Positions 51,589 through 62,887 are shown, counted from the stretch's first letter. The stretch is 64,000 nucleotides of DNA from an uncultured Pseudomonadales bacterium (GCA_964620965.1 CAZUHV010000001.1:445171-509170), one strand, 5' to 3'. Translations and numbers: made by a program. The notes: a model not told the origin generated them from the sequence alone.

Positions 51589-52455
51589 TTACAACTCTTC
51601 GATTTGAATTGTTGGTTCCATTTCTGGAGCTTCGATAAGTTTAAGATATTTTTCTGTAGTGGTAATTCTCTTGTGACCAACTAATTGTGAAACATACACT
51701 AAAGGAGTGCCTGCTCTTAATTGCTCAACAATAAAGGTGTGTCTTAAATCATTAACTTTAGCACCTTTAATACCTGCTAATCTAAAATATCTATCAATAG
51801 CTGTTCTGATGTTACGAACCAAGAATGGTCTACAGGTTTTGGTTAAAAACACAGTTTTTTCTCTTGCTCTTGGTCTGACTTGAATGTAGTCGGTAATAGC
51901 TGTTTTTGCAGCAGTGTTCATAGGAACTTTTCTTGCTCCTCTAGAATTTTGTGCTTGGATAGCAATTACGTTACGTTCAAAATCAACATCTGTAAGTTGT
52001 AGTGAAGCTAATTCAGAAATTCTCATACCAGTTTGAAGCAATAACTCAACAACTGCAGACATACGAACATCACCTCTACACGCATCTCTTAAAGCTCTGT
52101 ATTCTATCTTTGAGAGTACTCTTGGAGGAGATTGATCATACTTTGGATGGGAGATAACTTCTGCTGGGTTAACAGAAACTTCACCTTCACCAACTAAAAA
52201 TCTGAAAAATGCTTTGATTGAGTTAATTTTTCTAGAAATTGATTTTCCAGTATATCTTTGTTTGTTTAATAAAACTTTAAATTCATCGATATCTTCTGAA
52301 GAAACTTCATCTATTTGTGTTTTACCTAATTTGGTAACAAAATCAACGAGCTGTTCAACGTCTTTACTGTAAGCAATAACTGTTGCATTTGCTTTGCCAG
52401 CATTTCTAAGACTATCAGTAAATAACGCATGTGCGTCTAATAGTGTTTTGCTCAT
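51589..52455 (-). CDS. XerC/XerD-family tyrosine recombinase
   Basis: SAM-like N-domain, TGMRISEL, NDLRHTF, VGH..ITTTEKY. Confidence 0.9.
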   Translation of the reverse strand: MSKTLLDAHALFTDSLRNAGKANATVIAYSKDVEQLVDFVTKLGKTQIDEVSSEDIDEFKVLLNKQRYTGKSISRKINSIKAFFRFLVGEGEVSVNPAEVISHPKYDQSPPRVLSKIEYRALRDACRGDVRMSAVVELLLQTGMRISELASLQLTDVDFERNVIAIQAQNSRGARKVPMNTAAKTAITDYIQVRPRAREKTVFLTKTCRPFLVRNIRTAIDRYFRLAGIKGAKVNDLRHTFIVEQLRAGTPLVYVSQLVGHKRITTTEKYLKLIEAPEMEPTIQIEEL

Positions 52456-52561
52456 AATAATTAACCTGTTTATTCTAACGTGTTACCACGATATACTTAT
52501 TTATAGTATTAAGTACTTTTTTTGACTTACTGATGTCTTATAATATCACAATTATGGATTT

Positions 52562-52927
52562 ATGGCAATAACCAAGTTACTCTACCATCCAATCACTATA
52601 TTAGCCCTAACTATAGTTGCTATTATGTTCTTTTTCTCCCTTGATAAGAGCTCTAAAAAAACACAAAGTTCTTCCGAAAATATAAGGGTTTTAGAGTATG
52701 AAATCGACCAAATTTCTAATAAAATTATTGGTCTTGAGGAGAAAATTGAGCTTACAGAGTCCGAACAATTTAAAGAAAAGGTTGTAAGAAACGAGCTATT
52801 ACTACAAAAACCAGGTGAATATATTTTGCAAATTCAAGAAAACACAGAAGCAAAACCTGAAAATAAGCTTATAAATGAAACAAAAACAGTAACACCTTTA
52901 GAAAATTGGAAAGAAATTTTGCTGTAG
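52562..52927 (+). CDS. Septum formation initiator (FtsB/DivIC-like)
   Basis: TM + coiled coil + EKVVRNELLLQKPGE. Confidence 0.75.
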   Translation: MAITKLLYHPITILALTIVAIMFFFSLDKSSKKTQSSSENIRVLEYEIDQISNKIIGLEEKIELTESEQFKEKVVRNELLLQKPGEYILQIQENTEAKPENKLINETKTVTPLENWKEILL

Positions 52928-52998
52928 CAAGGGTGGGAGTTGAACCCACGACCTTCGGTTTATGAATCCGATGCTCTAACCAACTGAGCTACCTTGCC
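52925..52998 (-). tRNA. tRNA-Met(CAU), elongator type
   Basis: GGCAAGG/CCTTGCT acceptor stem, standard D and T arms, CAT anticodon; CCA not encoded; Ile2 not fully excluded. Confidence 0.88.
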
Positions 52999-53067
52999 AC
53001 TTTTAAACTCAAAACTTGAGTACTTGAGGGTAAATGCACCACTCGAGATCATTATTATACCAGATTT

Positions 53068-53096
53068 TTGACATTTGACCATTAAAAGTTTATAAT
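53068..53096 (+). promoter_or_regulatory. Consensus sigma70 promoter for the initiator-type tRNA
   Basis: TTGACA-N17-TATAAT. Confidence 0.8.
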
Positions 53097-53180
53097 ACAC
53101 TCTTGTCATCCCAGAGAAATAATTCGTTTGTTTATCTGAAGATATTAAAAAAGTAATACATGTAATTTAATTACATGACG

Positions 53181-53249
53181 CGCGGGGTAGTGTACGGTGC
53201 ACGTGAGGCTCATAATCTCACAGGCCGGGTTCGACTCCCGGCTCCGCAA
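53181..53249 (+). tRNA. Initiator-type tRNA-fMet(CAU), atypical
   Basis: CGCGGGG/CTCCGCA with C1:A72 mismatch, CTCATAA loop, GTTCGACTC T-loop. Confidence 0.82.
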
Positions 53250-53255
53250 ATTAGA

Positions 53256-53285
53256 CAAAAGACTCCCAAAACTGGGAGTCTTTTG
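53256..53285 (+). terminator. Terminator after the tRNA
   Basis: 13-bp stem caaaagactccca/tgggagtcttttg. Confidence 0.75.
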
Positions 53286-53379
53286 CTTAATTTTGTGCTT
53301 TGACTTGAGTTGGTTGACATAAATCAGCACGAATCTGACCGACCTTCTGGGAGGGAATGTCCTGAGTAGAGACGAAGGA

Positions 53380-53392
53380 CCCGGCTCCGCAA
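53380..53392 (+). repeat. 13-bp direct repeat of the tRNA 3' end (att-like)
   Basis: CCCGGCTCCGCAA identical to 53237-53249. Confidence 0.75.
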
Positions 53393-53398
53393 CATTGT

Positions 53399-53430
53399 AA
53401 AAAAGCCTCCAATAATACGGAGGCTTTTTT
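53399..53430. terminator. Bidirectional terminator
   Basis: aaaaaagcctcc/ggaggctttttt. Confidence 0.75.
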
Positions 53431-53466
53431 GACAATAAAGACTTTTTTGATAAAATCTGGACTTAT

Positions 53467-53754
53467 ATGAAAACTCACGCTGAAACGCTCGAAACAAGAA
53501 TCCAAGCATTTATAGCAGAAACAAATCTAATAACCGAAGAAATCGCCTTTAGAACTGCAGTTGCTAACTGGGTTAATGGCTTAACTGTCGAGGAAAAACT
53601 CACTATCTTTCAAGACATACTACATATTTATCCTTATCAAGAGCTCTTCTCAAGCCCAAGTTACAAAGTTCAAAACACTGTTAATGCTGTACTCTACGAT
53701 ATTCTTAAAGAGCTCTCTCATCTTGGTCTAAACACTAGTGTGAGACCTCATTAA
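53467..53754 (+). CDS. Hypothetical protein
   Basis: 95-aa ORF filling the gap, no recognised motif. Confidence 0.55.
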   Translation: MKTHAETLETRIQAFIAETNLITEEIAFRTAVANWVNGLTVEEKLTIFQDILHIYPYQELFSSPSYKVQNTVNAVLYDILKELSHLGLNTSVRPH

Positions 53755-53803
53755 AAAAAGACTACTAGACTGAGCAAAAAACTCAGTATATCCTTATAGA
53801 CAA

Positions 53804-54271
53804 ATGTCAAAACAATTTACCCCTCAGGAAATACTTGATACCATGAGAAAAATCTCACTTATGAGTCTTGCTGTTTCAAATAAAAATAATCAACCACAAG
53901 CTCATATGATGCTTTTTGCTGTTTCAGATGATTTCATGGTTTATTGTGTAACCTCAAGAAACAGCAGTAAACATCAAGCTATCCAAGAAAATAATAAAGT
54001 TGGACTTTCCGTTTGGGATAATAAAAATATGTTAGTCCAAATTCAGGCAACTGCTCAAGAAATTACTGGAGATGAAGCCCTTGAAGCAATCGACAGAATT
54101 GCTGACAAAGCAACTGATATTCCAGGATTCTGGCCACCAGTTTTACAACTTACAAAAAGTGACTATGTCGTCTTTAAAATTACTCCAAACTATATTAGAG
54201 CTTTAGACCTCTCGAATGAAAACATGACAAGTCATGATACGTTATTTACCAATATAGGAACTCAGTTATGA
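53804..54271 (+). CDS. Pyridoxamine 5'-phosphate oxidase-like FMN-binding split-barrel protein
   Basis: LAVS....P, TSRNSSKH.AIQENNKV. Confidence 0.8.
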   Translation: MSKQFTPQEILDTMRKISLMSLAVSNKNNQPQAHMMLFAVSDDFMVYCVTSRNSSKHQAIQENNKVGLSVWDNKNMLVQIQATAQEITGDEALEAIDRIADKATDIPGFWPPVLQLTKSDYVVFKITPNYIRALDLSNENMTSHDTLFTNIGTQL

Positions 54272-54630
54272 AAAAAAAGGTCCTTATACTAGAAGATGAT
54301 ATCTTTCTAGTCAAGGTCATGCAAAAAAAATTTGAAAAAAACGGGAATGAAGTTATGTTTTTGCTTGATGGAGTCAAAGCCGTAGAAACTGCAAAAAACT
54401 TTCAACCAGATGTAATATTGGCAGATTTAATTATGCCAGAAAAAGATGGGTTTATTGCTATAAAAGAATTAAAATCTGACGAACAAACAAAAACTATTCC
54501 TATTATAGTAACTTCAAATTTAAGTTCTGATGAAGATGTCGAACGCGCAAAAAGACTTGGAGTGGAAAGATACTTTATAAAAAGTAACTCTGGTTTAGCA
54601 GAAGTTATTGAGTATATTGCAACCTTGTAA
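54268..54630 (+). CDS. Single-domain response regulator (CheY-like)
   Basis: LILEDD, PDVILADLIMP..DG, IIVTSN, YFIK. Confidence 0.92.
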   Translation: MKKKVLILEDDIFLVKVMQKKFEKNGNEVMFLLDGVKAVETAKNFQPDVILADLIMPEKDGFIAIKELKSDEQTKTIPIIVTSNLSSDEDVERAKRLGVERYFIKSNSGLAEVIEYIATL

Positions 54631-54649
54631 AGTTTTTCTAAATATATAA

Positions 54650-55351
54650 ATGAGTTTTAAACAATTTTTTACTAGTAAAAACGCTGAGACTTTTTCAAAA
54701 GCTGTGATTAATTCTGGTATTCCCAAAAATGCTATTCTGGTAAAAATGGAACAAGTTCATGGTTGTGAGATCAAACAGGTTGAAGAAATTGAAAAAACTG
54801 AAACGGACTCACGCCCTGCTGCTTTAGAAATAAATGAAGTTGATGCCTGTTATACTTCCCAAAAAAATACTTTTCTCTCTGTAAAAACAGCAGATTGTCT
54901 TCCCATTCTGATTCATGGATTCAGAAATCAGCTTAAACAAGAGTTTGTTGCAGCTGCACACGCAGGCAGGAAAAGTACTCAACAGAAAATTTTGTATAAA
55001 TTACTTGAGGAACTTGATTCTGAATATAATTTTGTAAAAAAATTAAAAGAAAAACAAACAGTTTCTGGTTTAAAAATCAAAAAAAGTGATGTTCTTTATA
55101 TCTGGTTTGGCCCTGCAATTTGCGTTGATTGCTACCAAATTGACAAAAAAACAAACTTACATTTCGATTTAATTGAAGAAAATAAAAAACAACTATTTGA
55201 TTTTTTTAAAAAAAACAATTTAAATCCAAAAAAATCTTTAAACCTAAAAATTGAAAAGCACTGCACTTTACACGAGAACGAAAAATATTATTCTTACCGA
55301 GCAACTGGTCCTGGTGTAAAAATGAATTATAGTTTTATTGGAATTATTTGA
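54650..55351 (+). CDS. YfiH/PgeF-family (laccase-domain) protein
   Basis: QVHG, TADCLPI, AHAG, GPAIC, YSYR. Confidence 0.9.
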   Translation: MSFKQFFTSKNAETFSKAVINSGIPKNAILVKMEQVHGCEIKQVEEIEKTETDSRPAALEINEVDACYTSQKNTFLSVKTADCLPILIHGFRNQLKQEFVAAAHAGRKSTQQKILYKLLEELDSEYNFVKKLKEKQTVSGLKIKKSDVLYIWFGPAICVDCYQIDKKTNLHFDLIEENKKQLFDFFKKNNLNPKKSLNLKIEKHCTLHENEKYYSYRATGPGVKMNYSFIGII

Positions 55352-55760
55352 TCTTTCCAATTGTTTGCATAGTTTCTTTTGGACTCCCTTTAAACCACCT
55401 CCTCTTTCTCTTTTTTTCAAGGATTTCTGATTCTATTTCTTCTGGGAGTCCTTCTGCGAGTTGTTCTGCAAGAAGTGCTGCATCGGGGATATGCGTGTGA
55501 AGATCTGGGACTAAATCTAACATCACTGCAGTTGGATGCCGTTCGCTTAATTGTGCGTCTGCTGCTATAAGGTCTAAATCAACGTTCTGCTCTTCTTCTC
55601 CTTCACCCTTCTTTCTCCTTTTATGATATTCAACCAATAAAAAGATCACTGCTCCTGCAAGAGTCACAGAGACCCCAAGAATTTCTTTCCAATGAGTTTT
55701 TGCAAACTCTTGTGGGGTTTGTTTTCCAGCTTCTATACTTTGACTTACAGATGTTTTCAT
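55344..55760 (-). CDS. Hypothetical single-TM protein
   Basis: One hydrophobic helix followed by a basic cluster. Confidence 0.6.
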   Translation of the reverse strand: MKTSVSQSIEAGKQTPQEFAKTHWKEILGVSVTLAGAVIFLLVEYHKRRKKGEGEEEQNVDLDLIAADAQLSERHPTAVMLDLVPDLHTHIPDAALLAEQLAEGLPEEIESEILEKKRKRRWFKGSPKETMQTIGKIK

Positions 55761-55774
55761 TTTTCTAGTGTACT

Positions 55775-55805
55775 AAAAAAACGCCCTCTGTATAAGGGCG
55801 TTTTT
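55775..55805. terminator. Terminator after groL
   Basis: aaaaacgccct/agggcgttttt. Confidence 0.8.
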
Positions 55806-55846
55806 AAAATTCTTTAATTTTTTATTTTATAGCTATTTTTGCAAAA

Positions 55847-57487
<1,641 letters not shown>

Positions 57488-57563
57488 TTATTTTATTTTT
57501 CTCATTTCGCGAAAACAAGTCTGTTCCCACGAAAATAAAAATATATATTATCTTAATTAATTT

Positions 57564-57869
57564 TTACTTAACTACTGCGAGGACATCCTCAAATTTTAAG
57601 AATTGGTACTCTGTATCACCAATTTTGAAATCATTACCACCCCATTTTTTATAAATCACAGTTTGGCCAACTTTTACAGGTGCCGAAATTTCTTTCACAC
57701 CTGATTCCCAAATTGAGTCACCAACAGCTAAGACTGTGCCATGTTGTGGTTTTTCTACTGAATTTTCTGGTAAATACAGACCAGAGGCTGTTTTAGTTTC
57801 TACTTGTACTGGCTCTACCAAAATATAGCCAGCTAATGGTTGAATTTTCTTGACAGAAATATCTGACAT
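57564..57869 (-). CDS. groS: Co-chaperonin GroES
   Basis: IQPL, TASGLYLP, EKPQ.G, upstream of groL. Confidence 0.96.
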   Translation of the reverse strand: MSDISVKKIQPLAGYILVEPVQVETKTASGLYLPENSVEKPQHGTVLAVGDSIWESGVKEISAPVKVGQTVIYKKWGGNDFKIGDTEYQFLKFEDVLAVVK

Positions 57870-57952
57870 GAATTTCCCTCCTAAATGTATTTAATACTGT
57901 AGATTGTTGGGAAAAATAAAACTCCCAACGCGATATATATTTATACCACAAA

Positions 57953-57979
57953 CTAGCAATGATGCAAGTGTTTTGCTAA
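57953..57979. promoter_or_regulatory. CIRCE-like operator upstream of groSL
   Basis: CTAGCAATG-N9-TTTTGCTAA. Confidence 0.65.
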
Positions 57980-58038
57980 AAAACAGAGTTATGAAAAACA
58001 AAATTTCAAAAAATGAGAAAAAGAACCTTAAAAAAACT

Positions 58039-58659
58039 TTACTCTTTATTTTCTTTGACTTCTTCAGCATCACTCTCGATGATTACTCGAGTACCTTTGC
58101 CACCAACAAGTCTCACTGAAGAAAGTAAGAATCCTTCACAATCTAAGCCACGATCTTGAAAATAAGTATTTAACTCTTGTTTTACAAGATTTTCAACTTC
58201 ACCACGATGTTGTTTTATTTGATCTAAAGTAAGTTCAGAGAACAAACTTGCAATTTTACTTCTAGAAAATGGTCTCACAACCTTGCTGACCACATTTTCT
58301 CCAAGATTTTCCCAGAGTTCAGGCGCATTATGTCGATCTATTCTAAACAAAACTGAACCTTCAACAGTAATGTCTTTGCCATCTTTTGTAGTACAAAAAA
58401 CTTTGTCATCTCCAAGAGCCTCTTTGTTTTTTGAAAAATCAAAACCATCGGTTATAGAATATTCGATAATCTGAGCGTTAAACAATTTTGCAACCTGCCA
58501 AAAAGGGATCTTAAAGTGAAGGCCTGGCCCCCAAATTTTAGGCAACACACCTCTTCCTCTGTCATACACGCAAGCAATGTGTCCAGGTGGAACAGAGATA
58601 AAAAATCCTCCAACAACTTCGTCAACCAAAAAAGAAACCACAAGTCTATCGAATTCCAT
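58039..58659 (-). CDS. SPFH/prohibitin-domain protein
   Basis: VPPGH, GPGLHFKIPF, TKDG. Confidence 0.85.
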   Translation of the reverse strand: MEFDRLVVSFLVDEVVGGFFISVPPGHIACVYDRGRGVLPKIWGPGLHFKIPFWQVAKLFNAQIIEYSITDGFDFSKNKEALGDDKVFCTTKDGKDITVEGSVLFRIDRHNAPELWENLGENVVSKVVRPFSRSKIASLFSELTLDQIKQHRGEVENLVKQELNTYFQDRGLDCEGFLLSSVRLVGGKGTRVIIESDAEEVKENKE

Positions 58660-58737
58660 ATATCTTTACTATAAATTTTCTAATCAAGTTTGTATAGTAC
58701 AAACCATATACTTTTACTGCGAAAGGTCATTATAACC

Positions 58738-59541
58738 CTATTTTGTTTCAACAACAATCTTTTCTTCTGGTATCTCACCTTTTTCTTTAGCTTCTTCCTC
58801 ACTAATTTTCTTTTCTTTATAAAGATCAAACTTCATCCTAATTGCCTTATATAAGGTCAGGATAATGCTCACAACAAGTGAAGTAATGACAAATAATTTT
58901 TTACCAGCTGGCATTGCCATAAATACTAAAAATGAGACAACTGGAAGAACTAATTGCATACGTACAACCTCATTTCGAGATACATAATATGGAGAGGTAT
59001 ATCCAGATATTGTTTCTAAAATAAAAATCAAAATTGACTGCAATAAATTAAGAGTAAAACTTGTATGTGCAAGATCATATTTACCCAAAAATACCAGATT
59101 AAATGGTAGATCAATTTTTGGCATGAATGGGTAAATTAAATGTAAGTCAGCCCCCTCAAGACCAGTCGTAAATATTTTATAGAGCATTAAAGCCACCATC
59201 ACTTGGATTGCTAAGTTAATTAGTTCTGTTACTAAAACTTTTCTTGATTTTTTTAAAACTCGCTTTTTTTCTCGTTCTAGTTTGATTGGCTCTGCTACAT
59301 AAATTTCTTCAAGTTCTTTAATTTTTTCTGCAATTTCTCTTCTGTCTTTCTCCGATCTTTGCCCAGATAGTGACATTGGCAATAACAATAGACGAACTAA
59401 CAGTGTTAGAAAAATAACTGCAATTCCCATATCTGGGGAACCTTGCGTAAATTGTCCAAGTAACCAATAAAATCCAACTAAAATATTTAAAAAAGGTTGA
59501 TAAATAAAAGTAATAAAAGTTGAACCTATGATATCAAACAT
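58738..59541 (-). CDS. yidC: YidC/Oxa1 membrane protein insertase
   Basis: MGIAVIFLTLLVRLLLLP, coiled region, PAG..LF. Confidence 0.85.
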   Translation of the reverse strand: MFDIIGSTFITFIYQPFLNILVGFYWLLGQFTQGSPDMGIAVIFLTLLVRLLLLPMSLSGQRSEKDRREIAEKIKELEEIYVAEPIKLEREKKRVLKKSRKVLVTELINLAIQVMVALMLYKIFTTGLEGADLHLIYPFMPKIDLPFNLVFLGKYDLAHTSFTLNLLQSILIFILETISGYTSPYYVSRNEVVRMQLVLPVVSFLVFMAMPAGKKLFVITSLVVSIILTLYKAIRMKFDLYKEKKISEEEAKEKGEIPEEKIVVETK

Positions 59542-59546
59542 ACAAA

Positions 59547-59888
59547 TTAGCTTTCGAGTTCGTCTTGAGGACCAAGTAATTTATCAATGCTTTGTACTGC
59601 ATTTTTAAGGCCAACTACAAGCTTCTCTGAAAGATCAAGAATTTCGTCGTCTAAAGAAATCTTTTCTAAAATAACATTGGTTTCATCGATAAAAGCATTC
59701 AGAGCAGTATCTAAAATAGTACCATTTTCATCTGCCCACTTTTTTTGCTGATTCACCGGTAATTTAAGAGCATCATCAAGAGCCTTGTTAACTTCTGTGA
59801 TTTCTCTTACCTTGAGATAAAGTACAAATTTTTGTGAGGAAACTGTGGTCTCATTCGTTGATGTTAGCATCGATGATTTTGTTGCCAT
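59547..59888 (-). CDS. Hypothetical protein
   Basis: 113-aa helical ORF, 5 nt upstream of yidC. Confidence 0.6.
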   Translation of the reverse strand: MATKSSMLTSTNETTVSSQKFVLYLKVREITEVNKALDDALKLPVNQQKKWADENGTILDTALNAFIDETNVILEKISLDDEILDLSEKLVVGLKNAVQSIDKLLGPQDELES

Positions 59889-60003
59889 GACATTGATTAT
59901 ATCAAAGAATTCTCATGTGACAGCTATAAAAATACATTCAAGTAGCCTGAGTTTGACTTGAGAAGGTATAATATACCTTTGTAAAAGATAGCTAACTTAT
60001 ATA

Positions 60004-61098
60004 ATGAAAATCATTGATTTATCAAATACAGCAATAGAAACCGTTATTTTAGAAACTTGTAAAGTTTTAGAAAACGGAGGTCTTGTGCTGTTTCCAACAG
60101 AAACGACATACGGAGCTGGAGTTGATGCTACAAATCAAACAGCAGTAGATAAACTACTCGCTTATAAATCTCGAAGAGAAGGAAAACCTTTATCTATTCT
60201 TGTCCACAATAAAGAAATGGCGCAAGAATATGTTGAAATCAATGAGCAAGCTAGTAAATTGTATTCACAATTTCTGCCAGGACCTGTCACAGTAGTTTCA
60301 AAAAGCTTAGGCACTGTTGCAGAGGGAGTTGCTAGCGAGTTTGGCACTCTTGGAGTGCGAATCCCTGATTATGACCTTATGTTAGAAATTTCCAAAAGTT
60401 TTAAAAAACCAATTACTGCAACATCTGCAAATGCTTCTGGAAAAAAAAGACCATACGCTGTTGCAGATATATTCAAAAACTTGAGTGAAAAACAAAAAGG
60501 CTTAGTTGATCTTGTTTTAGATGCTGGTGAATTACCACATAATGAACCTTCTACTGTAATTGACACAACACTCTCAACTCCAGTGATGTTGCGCTCTAGC
60601 GACAGAGCTGAACATAAACAAGAGTCACAAACAAATGAACATACAACGATTCTTACTTCAAATTCTGAAGCTGAAACCCAAGCAATTGCTGGAAGGCTCT
60701 TGTTGCAACATTGGAATTCTGTGAGTACAACCGGAATCGTTATCGCATTGGATGGAGATCTTGGAATTGGCAAAACAATTTTTACTAAAGGATTGGCAAA
60801 TTTTCTAAAAATTGAGGACACAATTAGTTCTCCCACATATTCATATATTGAAGAATACGACTTTACAAGACATCAGACGAAAGGTCACTTATACCACTTA
60901 GACATGTGGAAAGTTGCAGACAAAGAAACTTTTGACAGACTCGAAATTGCAACCCTACTAAAAAGTAACTCTGTTATTGTAATTGAGTGGTTTTCGCAAA
61001 TTGAAGAATTTATTATCCCTCTACTTGGAACAACGAAACTTATAAAAATCAACTTTACAGAAGATGGTCAAACAAGAAAACTAGAAATTGTTGAGTAA
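60004..61098 (+). CDS. TsaC (YrdC/Sua5)-TsaE fusion, t6A synthesis
   Basis: FPTETTYG, K.R...KPL, TATSAN, PSTVID; then GDLGIGKT, SPTY, HLDMW, IEW. Confidence 0.9.
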   Translation: MKIIDLSNTAIETVILETCKVLENGGLVLFPTETTYGAGVDATNQTAVDKLLAYKSRREGKPLSILVHNKEMAQEYVEINEQASKLYSQFLPGPVTVVSKSLGTVAEGVASEFGTLGVRIPDYDLMLEISKSFKKPITATSANASGKKRPYAVADIFKNLSEKQKGLVDLVLDAGELPHNEPSTVIDTTLSTPVMLRSSDRAEHKQESQTNEHTTILTSNSEAETQAIAGRLLLQHWNSVSTTGIVIALDGDLGIGKTIFTKGLANFLKIEDTISSPTYSYIEEYDFTRHQTKGHLYHLDMWKVADKETFDRLEIATLLKSNSVIVIEWFSQIEEFIIPLLGTTKLIKINFTEDGQTRKLEIVE

Positions 61099-61118
61099 GG
61101 TACAAAACTTACTTATTC

Positions 61119-62408
61119 GTGAAACTATACGAAAAACCAAAACCAACAAAGCAAGAAACTAAACCAATTGAAATTATGGATAAAAAAAGCAAAACACTAC
61201 CAGTGATCTTAGCCGTTGATACATCTTGCGATGACACAGCAGCTTCTGTTTTGCATGGCACAACTATTCTATCAAATGTTATTGCCTCTCAAACACAACT
61301 ACACAAACAATATGGAGGTGTATTTCCTACTGTTGCAAAACAAGCTCATAAAGAAAATATTCTTCCAACAATAGATGCTGCTCTTAAAAAAGCTCGTATT
61401 TCTTGGGAAGATCTAGATGCACTTGCAGTAACTACTGGACCTGGCTTAGCACCCGCTTTGGAAGTTGGAATTAATACAATGAAAGAACTTGCTCAAGAAA
61501 AAAAGCTTCCTCTCATTGCGGTAAATCATATTGAGGGGCATGCTCTTTCTGCAATTGCGCAAAGAAATTCAAGAACAGTTAACCACACTAAAACTCTAGC
61601 TACACAACTGAAAAACAGTACTAGAACAGGAACAAAAAACACTGAAGATAAGAAAAAAAACGATACTGAAATCCACTATCCTGTACTCTCTGTCGTTGTT
61701 TCTGGTGGCCACACACAGTTTATTTATTTTGAAGAAATAGGAAGTTATAAAATTTTGGGTTCAACAATAGATGATGCAGCTGGTGAATGTTTAGATAAAA
61801 TTGGAAGAATGTTAAATCTTGGATATCCAGCAGGACCTACAATTGAGAAGTTTGCAAAACTTGGAGATGAAAAAAGATTTGAGTTTCCATTGCCAATGAC
61901 AACAGTCAAAACTTTTGATATGAGCTTTTCTGGACTTAAAACATTTGCACGAAATTTCATCCAAAAATTAACCGAAGAAAAAGAGCTTGGAAAACAAGAC
62001 ATTTATGATATTTGTGCATCAGCACAATACTCTGTATTTAGGCATATAAATTATAAATTGAGTAAATTATTATTAGAAGTGCCTATTGCAGAAGTTTGGC
62101 TTGGTGGAGGGGTTGCTCAAAACAAATATTTACGGCAAACAATACGCGAAACTATACAAGAGTTTGAAAAAAATAGTTTGGATAACTCTAGCCAAAAATT
62201 TAGAAAAAACGAAGCTACTGAACAAAAAATTAAAGCAACTCAAACAAGAAAAATTAAGTTTCGTTACCCTTTCACAAACAGATTATGCATGGATAACGCA
62301 GCAATGATTGGCGTTGTTGCAAACTTTAAGTTTCAAAAAAAAGAGTTTGTTACAGAACTATCAAAATTAGACAGAAAACCAAAGTGGAAAGTTGAGGAAA
62401 AACTGTAA
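61119..62408 (+). CDS. tsaD: tRNA N6-adenosine threonylcarbamoyltransferase TsaD
   Basis: DTSCDDT, GPGL, HIEGH, SGGHT, DDAAGE, SFSGLKT, DNAAMI; start may be 61176. Confidence 0.95.
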   Translation: MKLYEKPKPTKQETKPIEIMDKKSKTLPVILAVDTSCDDTAASVLHGTTILSNVIASQTQLHKQYGGVFPTVAKQAHKENILPTIDAALKKARISWEDLDALAVTTGPGLAPALEVGINTMKELAQEKKLPLIAVNHIEGHALSAIAQRNSRTVNHTKTLATQLKNSTRTGTKNTEDKKKNDTEIHYPVLSVVVSGGHTQFIYFEEIGSYKILGSTIDDAAGECLDKIGRMLNLGYPAGPTIEKFAKLGDEKRFEFPLPMTTVKTFDMSFSGLKTFARNFIQKLTEEKELGKQDIYDICASAQYSVFRHINYKLSKLLLEVPIAEVWLGGGVAQNKYLRQTIRETIQEFEKNSLDNSSQKFRKNEATEQKIKATQTRKIKFRYPFTNRLCMDNAAMIGVVANFKFQKKEFVTELSKLDRKPKWKVEEKL

Positions 62409-62425
62409 ATACCTCAGAAAAAAGT

Positions 62426-62872
62426 TTAATAGCCAGCAAACTCAGTTGCTAAAATAGACTCAACTTGTAGCCATTCACCTTTATCAATCAGCTCTTCGCA
62501 GTTGTCAAGTAAAAGTTGTTTATCTGTTTCACCTTCAGAAAAAACTCTTAATTGATTTATTCTTCCTTCAACTAGAACAGCCTTATTTTCTAGAATTTTT
62601 TCTTCATACATCTCTTCAAAGTTTGGAACAGCATCATTCAAAAAGGTAACAAATTGTTGTTCTGTCGTGTCTTCGTTTTCTAGAAGTTCTCCTAACTCAA
62701 CCAGTTGTTCATCAGTTAATAAGTCGGTTATTTCTTCATCAATAAATTCTGACCAAATTTGAGAAGCTAGCTCAGAGGCTTTTTCTGGAAAATCTGAATC
62801 TTCTGCACTAACTCCCATAATCGACTGAACTGAGAGGTTCGCAAGTTGTTGCTGTGGAAGTGTTAAGTTCAT
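62426..62872 (-). CDS. Acidic hypothetical protein
   Basis: 148-aa helical, Glu/Asp-rich ORF. Confidence 0.65.
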   Translation of the reverse strand: MNLTLPQQQLANLSVQSIMGVSAEDSDFPEKASELASQIWSEFIDEEITDLLTDEQLVELGELLENEDTTEQQFVTFLNDAVPNFEEMYEEKILENKAVLVEGRINQLRVFSEGETDKQLLLDNCEELIDKGEWLQVESILATEFAGY

Positions 62873-62887
62873 ATTTTTAATCTTTCA

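Noticed and set aside
53159-53177. Perfect palindrome CATGTAATT-T-AATTACATG before the tRNA
   Set aside because: AT-rich, single occurrence, no cognate regulator identifiable
53145-53509. Three minus-strand ORFs over the tRNA region
   Set aside because: Antisense to the tRNA and terminators; no coding signal
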